A DNA stretch of 64,000 nucleotides from assembly GCA_963707025.1 (NCBI GenBank), contig CAVPOM010000006.1, forward strand, positions 64,001 through 128,000, written 5' to 3'. The DNA comes from an uncultured Verrucomicrobiae bacterium. GTDB taxonomy: Bacteria > Verrucomicrobiota > Verrucomicrobiia > Limisphaerales > Palsa-1400. The position numbers were made by a program, and so were the translations under genes. This document shows positions 1-7,700 of the stretch, piece after piece; within the stretch, counting starts at the first letter, position 1, and each line of letters begins with the position of its first letter. Under the pieces are notes generated by a model that saw only the letters and a list, made by a program, of their open reading frames with translations, ran no database searches and was not told where the DNA came from.

Positions 1-612
1 GATCAAATGGGACTTGATTTGCGCGCCCTGGCAAAGTTTGGACGGATGGGCCAGCAGACCGAGGCCAAAGCGGATGACGCCCGGCCACCGCGCCTGCTCG
101 GCAATGCAAAGCACGTCGGCGCCGTGCTTGCGCAATCCTGCGGCCACCGCCAGCAACAGCGGCCCGCTGCCCGCCACCACCACCCGCCGGCCTTGCGCGG
201 GCCAGCCGTTCTTGACCAGCGATTGCATCCCGCCCGGCCCCATGATCCCCGGCAGCGTCCAGCCGGGAAAGGGCAGGAACAACTCGCGCGCCCCGGTCGC
301 CAGAATTAAACTGGCATAACATATTTCGCGCGGTCCGGCGTCGCACTCGGCCATGAGCAGCCCTGGCCGCGGCGCGGCAATCACGCTGGTGCGGTCCAAC
401 AGCGCCGCGCCGCAACGTTGAAAGCGCTCGATCAAATGCAGCGCCTGGCGGGGGCGTCCTTTTTGGCCGCGCCAGATTTGGCCGCCCAGCCAGGGAGTAT
501 CATCCACCAGCGCCACGCGCCGTCCGCATTCCGCCGCCGCGCAGGCCGCGGCCAACCCGGCCGGGCCGCCGCCCACCACGACAATTTCAAAGTCCAACAG
601 AGCCTCACTCAT
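1..612 (-). CDS. NAD(P)/FAD-dependent oxidoreductase, HcnB/OoxA-like; probable D-hydroxyproline dehydrogenase subunit (3' end runs off window)
   Basis: Translated by hand from ATG 612: MSEALLDFEIVVVGGGPAGLAAA...LILATGARELFLPFPGWTLPG...VVVAGSGPLLL. The frame is open toward the window edge, so it is absent from the ORF track. Overlaps the stop of the upstream 2Fe-2S gene. Confidence 0.85.
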   Translation of the reverse strand, partial: MSEALLDFEIVVVGGGPAGLAAACAAAECGRRVALVDDTPWLGGQIWRGQKGRPRQALHLIERFQRCGAALLDRTSVIAAPRPGLLMAECDAGPREICYASLILATGARELFLPFPGWTLPGIMGPGGMQSLVKNGWPAQGRRVVVAGSGPLLLAVAAGLRKHGADVLCIAEQARWPGVIRFGLGLLAHPSKLCQGAQIKSHLI

Positions 613-997
613 CGGTGAGCACCTCCATCCCTTCCTCGCAAAGCGTCTGGCAACTGCGGCAGTGGGCCCGTCCGTTGATCGTCACACAACATTCCATGCA
701 GATGCCCATGCCGCAGAGCGGCCCGCGGGGCAGGCCGGTCACCGAAGTGCGAAAGCGCGTCACCCCCGCCACGGCAATGGCGCCCGCCACGATCGTCCCC
801 GCCGCCACCGTCACATCCTTTCCATTGATGCGCAGTTTTACATTAGGAGGAGGATAAGCCCTCACCTCACCCTGACCCTCTCCCCTCCCATCGGATGGGA
901 GCGGAGAGGGAACAGCATGGGGAGACGCAATGTTGGACGGAAGTGTGCCGGGCGGCGGCTGGTTCAGGGACGTGAGATTGGCGGCTGGTTCAGGCAT
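605..997 (-). CDS. (2Fe-2S)-binding protein, HcnA-like small subunit, with N-terminal extension
   Basis: RGPLCGMGICMECCVTING...RSCQT Cys cluster. ATG at 997 overlaps the upstream stop (ATGCCTGA). Confidence 0.8.
   Translation of the reverse strand: MPEPAANLTSLNQPPPGTLPSNIASPHAVPSPLPSDGRGEGQGEVRAYPPPNVKLRINGKDVTVAAGTIVAGAIAVAGVTRFRTSVTGLPRGPLCGMGICMECCVTINGRAHCRSCQTLCEEGMEVLTDE
861..910. repeat. Palindromic REP-like element (CTCACCCTGACCCTCTCC...GGAGAGGG)
   Basis: Hairpin ccctctcc-c-ctcccat-cgg-atgggag-c-ggagaggg at 876-910. Confidence 0.7.
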
Positions 998-2129
998 GAC
1001 AAGTTGCTCCCGCTCCACGGGCAAAGCGCGACGGCGCATAAGGCTCCGGTGGAATCTCACAAGGCCGTTGCAACAGCAAATCCGCCAGCAACCGGCCCGT
1101 GGCCAGCGAAGTGGTGATGCCCAGGCCCTCGTGTCCGGTGGCCAGCCAGATGCGGTCGCTCCCGAGGCTGGGCCCAATCAGCGGCAAAGAGTCCGGCGTG
1201 GCGGCGCGATGGCCTGTCCAGACCCGGATGCTGGAAAGCTCCCCCAGCGCGGGCAGATATTCCAGCGAGCGGCTGAGCATGCGGTTGAGAATGGCGAAGT
1301 CAACCGCCGCATCCTCCGCGTCATACTGGCGGGAGGAACCCAGCAGCATCTGCCCGGTCTTGCGCGGCTGGATGTTGAAGGCCACCGAGTCCTTGCTCAC
1401 CGAATGGGCGTTCTTCAGGTAGCCCAGTTCGACAATCTGATGATGGACAAAGCCCGGATGACGGTCCGTAATCACCAGATGCCCCTTGCGTTTGCGCACC
1501 GGCAAACCGGGCGTCAGCTCCGGCGACCAAGGCCCGGCCGCATTGACGGTCCGCCCGGCCGCGATGGTCGAGCCATCCTCCAAGGCCACGCCTCCTTCGG
1601 CGCGCAAGGCGCGCACTGCCGCCCCGAGGCGCGCTTCCGCGCCGTCGCGTTTGGCCTGTTCCAGCAAAAAGCGCGCGGCGCAAGGCGGATAAAGCACCGC
1701 GTCATCGGGCACGCGCAATCCACCGGCCATCCCGGGCCGGAGATGCGGTTCGGCGCTGGCCACGCCGGCCGCATCCAGCACTTCCACGCGGACGCCGCGC
1801 GCGGTGTAAAACTGCTGCTTGCGACGGACCTCGGCCATTTCCTCCTCGTCCGCCGCCAGCCAGAGGGTGCCGCAGGGGTCGTATTCCACGTCGGCGGGCA
1901 ATTCCGGCAGGCAGCGGCGCCAGAGCGCCCCGGAATAAGCGGTGAGGGCAAATTGCGCCTCCGAGTCATCCATCACGACAATATGCCCCATCCCCGCCGC
2001 CGTCGTGCCGCCCGCCAGCGGTCCGCGATCCAGCACCAGCGTCTTCATGCCGCCGCGGGCGCATTCGGCGGCGCAGGCCGCCCCGACGATGCCCGCGCCG
2101 ACAATAATAATGTCATAGGATTGGCTCAC
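990..2129 (-). CDS. FAD-dependent D-amino-acid oxidase family protein (HcnC-like); probable D-hydroxyproline dehydrogenase subunit
   Basis: IVGAGIVG Rossmann motif, VNAAGPWS, ATGHEGLGITTS. Operonic with the Hyp epimerase. Confidence 0.85.
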   Translation of the reverse strand: MSQSYDIIIVGAGIVGAACAAECARGGMKTLVLDRGPLAGGTTAAGMGHIVVMDDSEAQFALTAYSGALWRRCLPELPADVEYDPCGTLWLAADEEEMAEVRRKQQFYTARGVRVEVLDAAGVASAEPHLRPGMAGGLRVPDDAVLYPPCAARFLLEQAKRDGAEARLGAAVRALRAEGGVALEDGSTIAAGRTVNAAGPWSPELTPGLPVRKRKGHLVITDRHPGFVHHQIVELGYLKNAHSVSKDSVAFNIQPRKTGQMLLGSSRQYDAEDAAVDFAILNRMLSRSLEYLPALGELSSIRVWTGHRAATPDSLPLIGPSLGSDRIWLATGHEGLGITTSLATGRLLADLLLQRPCEIPPEPYAPSRFARGAGATCHA

Positions 2130-3055
2130 GCGCGGATGCCGTAACAGAACGGGTCCTTTTCATCCAGCAGCAGCGTCGCCTCGGCATTGATGTAAGCGGT
2201 TCCGGTGATGGTGGGGGCGATTTTTCCAGCGGCGCGGTCCAGCCAGCGGAAACGCGCGGTGAAGGAACTGCCGATAAAACTTTCCTGCACCCAGGGCGCG
2301 CCCTCGGCCCAGGCGCCGTCGGCCGCCATGCAGGCCAGCTTGGCGCTGGTCCCCGTTCCGCAGGGCGAACGGTCGTAAGCCTTGCCAGGACATTGCACAA
2401 AGTTGCGCGCGTGGCCGCGCGCCGTTTGCGGCGGCCCAACCAGTTCAATGTGATCCACCTCCGGGAACCCCTGGGCGTTGACCGCCTGCCGCACCCGCCA
2501 GGCGTAATCGGTCAACCCTTGCGCATTGGCCGGCGACAAATCCTGCCCGTGCTTTTCCAGCAGATAAAACCAGTTGCCCGACCAGGCCACGTCCCCGCTC
2601 ACCGGCCCGATGCCCGGCACTTCAATCACGGCCCCTTTGGCCTTGCGCCAGCTTGGCACGTTGGCCACCGAAACTTCCCCATTGTCATGCAGAACGATGC
2701 TCACCATCCCAACGCACGTCTCCACCCGGTATTCCCCCGGCTGGATCCGCCCCAAATGCGCCAGGGTCGCCCCCAGGCCGATGCAGCCGTGGCCGCACAT
2801 GCCCAAATAGCCGACGTTGTTGAAGAAAATAATGCCCGTGATGCACGAGGCATCCTGCGGCTCGACCAGCATGGCCCCCACCATGACATCCGAGCCGCGC
2901 GGTTCATTGACCACGGCGGAGCGGAATTCGTCGTGCTTTTTGAGCAGATGCAGCTTGTCGGCAATGCTGCCGCCGCCCAGATCGGGGCCGCCGCTGATGA
3001 CGATGCGCGTCGGCTCGCCGCCGGTGTGCGAGTCAATAATAGCAATTCTTTTCAT
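2126..3055 (-). CDS. 4-hydroxyproline 2-epimerase (proline racemase family)
   Basis: DSHTGGEPTR, MCGH and DRSPCGTGTSA catalytic Cys motifs. SDVMVGA and GNWF are more typical of Hyp epimerases than Pro racemases. Confidence 0.88.
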   Translation of the reverse strand: MKRIAIIDSHTGGEPTRIVISGGPDLGGGSIADKLHLLKKHDEFRSAVVNEPRGSDVMVGAMLVEPQDASCITGIIFFNNVGYLGMCGHGCIGLGATLAHLGRIQPGEYRVETCVGMVSIVLHDNGEVSVANVPSWRKAKGAVIEVPGIGPVSGDVAWSGNWFYLLEKHGQDLSPANAQGLTDYAWRVRQAVNAQGFPEVDHIELVGPPQTARGHARNFVQCPGKAYDRSPCGTGTSAKLACMAADGAWAEGAPWVQESFIGSSFTARFRWLDRAAGKIAPTITGTAYINAEATLLLDEKDPFCYGIRA

Positions 3056-3456
3056 GCAATTTGCCGCTCTTGCGCCGCATTGAATTGACCCGGTGGCGCC
3101 GGCCTGCGCCGGTCGGCTGGCGGCGCGACTCCGGCCTGCCTTTCCTGCTCAGACTATTCCTGCGCACGTTCCCTGTCTTGGCTTGGAATGACAGGAAATC
3201 GGTTAAACTGGACGCAAAGCTGCCCAAGAACTCCATTTTCCGCCACTTTTATTTAACGGGGCAGGCCAGGGAGGGTGCTTTCCAGTTTCTTCAATACCGC
3301 CCGCCCCGCCATCCCAGGAAGTTTATCCCCCATCTGGTGAGCCAGCCCGCGCCGCCTTGGTCCTCCGTCGCGGCCCAACCGCTGCGGAGGGTGAACCAGC
3401 CGCCATCAAATCCCGCCCCCTTTTCCATTTTTCATTTTGCATTCTTCATTTGCCGC

Positions 3457-4216
3457 TCACCCTCCGGCTTCCCTGAACTGAGTCGGCGTCATGCCCGTGG
3501 CCGACCGAAAGGCCCGGGTCATCGCACTATGGTCATAAAATCCGGTGGCATGGGCGATGTCGGCGATGGACCGTTCGGTTTCCCGCAATAATTGCGCCGC
3601 CGCCGCCAGCCGCGTTTGCATGATGAGCTGGTTGGGGCTGATGCGAAAAATCCGCTTGATCAGCCGGGCAAAGCGCACGGGGGGCAAACCGGCCTCCCGG
3701 GCCAGCGACCTGGGCGAGTGCGGGTCTTCCGGGCGCGTTTCCAGGGCCTCCAACGCGCTGGCCAGCCGGGCCGGGATGGCATCCGAGTCGCCGGGCGCCC
3801 GCAAATCGTGCGAGATTCCCACCAGCCCCATCACCTGGCCCTGGGCGTTGCGCATCGGCAGTTTGGTTGTCAGACACCAGCCCGTTTTCCGGCTCTCGTA
3901 CCAATGCAATTCCAAATGCTCCAAAATCGGATGTCCGGTTTTGACCACCATCCGATCCTGCCGCTCATAAACGACCGCCAGTTCTTTGGGAAAAATCTCC
4001 CGCACATGGCGCCCGATCAGATCGTGCTTGTCCCGCACCCGGCAGCGTTCGACCATGGACTGGTTGACCGCCAGGTAACGGCCCTGATTGTCCTTGAGGA
4101 AAAAAGCGGTTTCCCGGAACATGGTCAAAAAGCTGTTCCAGCGCCGCCAGCGCGCCGGAAACGCCCGTCGGCTGCCTGGCAACGGCTGTGGAGGGTTGTA
4201 TTAGGCTGAAATTCAC
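3457..4216 (-). CDS. AraC-family transcriptional regulator with N-terminal PAS domain; frameshift near 4113
   Basis: ORF 3965..4216 supplies ...LEQLFDHVP. ORF 3457..4182 continues ETAFFLKDNQGRY... to the AraC HTH (IADIAHATGFYDHSAMTRAF). One extra G in ccggg joins the two. Confidence 0.8.
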
Positions 4217-4400
4217 ATTTTCGGTGTTATTTTAAGCCAAGACGTTTTCCCATGCAATCTATAAATTGGACACAGAGCAGAACCTGTGATCCGCCCGCAA
4301 TGGCTTTTTGGGGTGCTTGCGCACCGCCAAACCAGCGGGGGACGCGAGCTTAAACAATGATGGCTGACGAATGCGCGGAACGGGCAGCTTTGGATAAACC

Positions 4401-4428
4401 TTGACAAAAATGGCCATTCCGGTAGAAC
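4401..4428 (+). promoter_or_regulatory. Possible sigma70 promoter for the giant-protein gene cluster
   Basis: TTGACA-N16-TAGAAC, about 320 nt upstream of ATG 4751. Confidence 0.35.
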
Positions 4429-4750
4429 TGTCGCCATAAGAAAATCCAAAAACGTCCCAAACGAGCATTCAACAGAGAACTCCCGCCGCCGAGGAACCCT
4501 TTGGGCGCAGGCCGGGGCCGGCTGGCGGCATGACACGATGAATTTCGCACTTTTAGCGCTGAACGATCGGGCTGGTTTGGAGGCCGCGTCCGCGCGTGTT
4601 AATCCTTCAGATTCAAATCGTCCTTTGGTCTGCCCGCCCGAAGTGTCCCAAAGAAAATGCCGGTGAGCAACAGATTTTTAAACCCGCAAACTTCAGATCA
4701 ATCAGAATCACAAAACCATCAGTGACCCAAATCAACGAGTCCGAAAGCCT

Positions 4751-7700
4751 ATGAATGATAAAGACATCGCCACCAAGTCGTTTCTCCGCCGGTTGTCTGG
4801 CGGCCAGTCCCCCTCCAACTTCTTATCCCGTTGCCAGGCCGGGTTTTTTGCCCTTTTGGCGTCGGCGCCGCTCCTGGCTGTGCTTATTTCCACCAGCGCC
4901 GTGGCCCAGGTCAAAGTGGCCGGCCAGTTGCTCATTGATCTGAGCGACACTCGCGGCACCAACACGGCCACCGGCATGTCCTCCGTGGCCGGGGAGACCA
5001 ACCTCATCTATTGGACCAACTATGGCACCCTGGGCGGCACCTTCAACATGATAGAGGACTCTGTGTATTCCGTCGGCTACACAGGCGGAACCAATCCTCC
5101 CGTCATGACGCTGCTGACCTCCGGCGCGGTTTCCGCCCTCGCCCCTGATTCCCCCACCGGCCTCCGAATCATGATTGCCAGCTTCCTCACCCCGTCACAA
5201 CTACAGGGAGGCAGCCACTATACCGTCGAAAGCTGGTTTTATAACCTCACCACGGCTAATCCTCGCGGTTTGTTTGACTGGACGCTGGCCGCTCCCACGG
5301 CCGGCTTCGACGCGGGCGAATTCTCCCCAACCTCCACTGCCTCCTGGCACAACGACGGCAACAGCCTGAACTGGAGCGCTGCTGGCACGGCCCCCTCCAC
5401 CGGCGTCTGGCATTACGGTGTCATAACATACGATGGAACCACGGAGAGCGCTTATCTGGATGGTGTCCTGACGGACAGCGCCGTTCACACCCTCAACATT
5501 GACGCGGAAAGCATATATCCAGCCCTCTTCAGCCAGCTTGGCGCGAATCCCCCCACGGGGACCTCGTCCAGCTACAATGGGGCCATCGCGGCGTTGCGGG
5601 TGCATACGGAGGCCTTGGCGGCCTCGGACGTGGCCACCAACTACGCGGCGGGCATTGCGGCGGTGCCGGCGGCCCCGACCAACAGCATCTCGATTGATGC
5701 ATCGCCCGTCACCGCGCTCCTCGGCACCACGGCGACACTGAACGGCATTTTGAACGCCACGACCGATCCGGGCACGACGGCGCTGACCTTCTTCTACGAC
5801 ACCGTGGATCATGGCGACGCGACCAACGCCTGGGGGGTTGGTCACAGCGTTACAGCGACGACTCCGGGGAGCCTGCCGGGGACGTTCTCCGCCAACATCT
5901 CAGGCTTGACGATCGGCACCACCTATTATGTGCGCATTTACGCCGCCGACGCCAATGCCACCAACATGTCGCCCTTTGTCACGTCGTTCATTACCCAGGG
6001 CAAGCCGGTCGTCGCCAACAGCTCCTCCTTTTTCGCGGCGCCGGGATCCGACTACCTGATTGGCAGCCTGGTCAATGACGGCACTGCGGGCGGCGGCGCC
6101 TCCGTCACGATCTACTGGGGACCCACCGACGGCGGCACGACGCCGGCGAGTTGGGCCAATACCGTTCCTTTGGGAACCCAGAACAATGGCAGTTTCAACA
6201 CGCAGGTGTCCGGCCTGACCACCTTGGGCAACTATTATTTCACCGTCTCGGCCCAGAATACTTACGGCACGGCGTTCGCCCCGTCTTCCATGGCCTTCCA
6301 GGAAGGGCTGATGTTTACGCTGAACACGACCAATCTGCCAGCCAACGGAACTGCTGTCGCCTCTTATCCCACCGCCCAGGGTACCCTCGCTTACGATGAA
6401 GGAACCTTTTCCGTATCCGAATTCGGCGGCCAGAAATGGTTGAACGAAACCGCAACCGCTGTTAAAAACATGTGGTTGCCCTTCACCGCCTTCCCTGGAG
6501 GCACGGTTCCGACCACTATTCCCATCAACGGCGGCACCATCGTCGCGGCCTTCAAACCCGAAGGAACTCCGAACACCACTTGGGCTAGTGTTGCGAACGT
6601 GTTTTTCTCTCAACTCGGCATAGCCTTGGATTCCGCCAGCGACGACGTTGCCATCACGGGTAACTCGGTGGCTTCCGTCACGATCAGTTCAGGTGGATCA
6701 GGCTACACCAGCCCGCCCACGGTCGCTTTCGCGCCGCCAGGCGGCATTCCGGCGATGGATGCGACCGCCACGGGAACGGCCCAGATCAGCGCCGGCGGCG
6801 CCGTCACCAACGTCATCATTACTTCCGGTGGCTCGGGTTATCCTTGGCTTGCCTCAGTTGCCAATGCCGGAACCCTCAAAGCCCCCACCGTGACTTTCAG
6901 CGGAGGCGGCGGCAGCGGCGCGGCAGCGACCGCCCACTTGACGGCTGCGACCGGAACTCAACTTCTCCCTGAAGTCAACAGCCAGCGCCCGCCCGACGAT
7001 GCCAACGGCCAGAATGTGGATGGCAACGGCAATGGTGAGAACAGCGCCAACCGGTTGGTCGTTCCCTTCGACCAGGTTTCCGTGGTCAGCGTCGTGGCAG
7101 GGGATGGACGCTCCAGCGGCGTCTCCGGCGATAACAACTACCGCGTTTATGTCAACGGCATCGAGGTGATGGATACCGATTATGGTTTCGTCAGCGGCGT
7201 CTCGTTCACAACGGCGGGTTCCACCAACGGCAACGGCTACACCAACTCCGCTGGGGCCAATGTCGCCCCGACCGTGACCTTCTCCGCCCCCACCGGCACC
7301 AACGGTGTCATCGCCACCGCGACCGGCGTGGCGGTGATGGGCACCGGCGCCAGCCTCGGCACCATCTCCAGAGTCACCATCACCTCGCCCGGCAGCGGCT
7401 ACACCGGTGACGGTTTGGTCAATAACGCTACGGTCACGTTCTCACCCTCTCCATTTGGTGTCACCGCCGTCGGCACGGTTAATCTCGTCAGCCTCGGAGG
7501 TTACACCACGGGTGCCAGCATCATCGGCGCGAAGGCAGCCGGGGAAAACGGCACAGGCATGACGGAACTTGCCTATAACACGCCAACCTATTTTGGAGGT
7601 GCTCCCTATGGTGCCAATGCAACGTTCAACATCGGCAACGATGGCAATTTTAACGACGGTTGGACTTACACGGGCTACCTTGGCAACGTTTCTGTTTACG

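Noticed and set aside
1..2129. Hydrogen cyanide synthase hcnABC
   Set aside because: Same protein families, but direct coupling to a Hyp epimerase favours D-hydroxyproline dehydrogenase.
3200..3230. c-di-GMP-I riboswitch (GGTTAAAC...GACGCAAAGC)
   Set aside because: No room for the GAAA-capped stem between the motifs, and no downstream gene on that strand.
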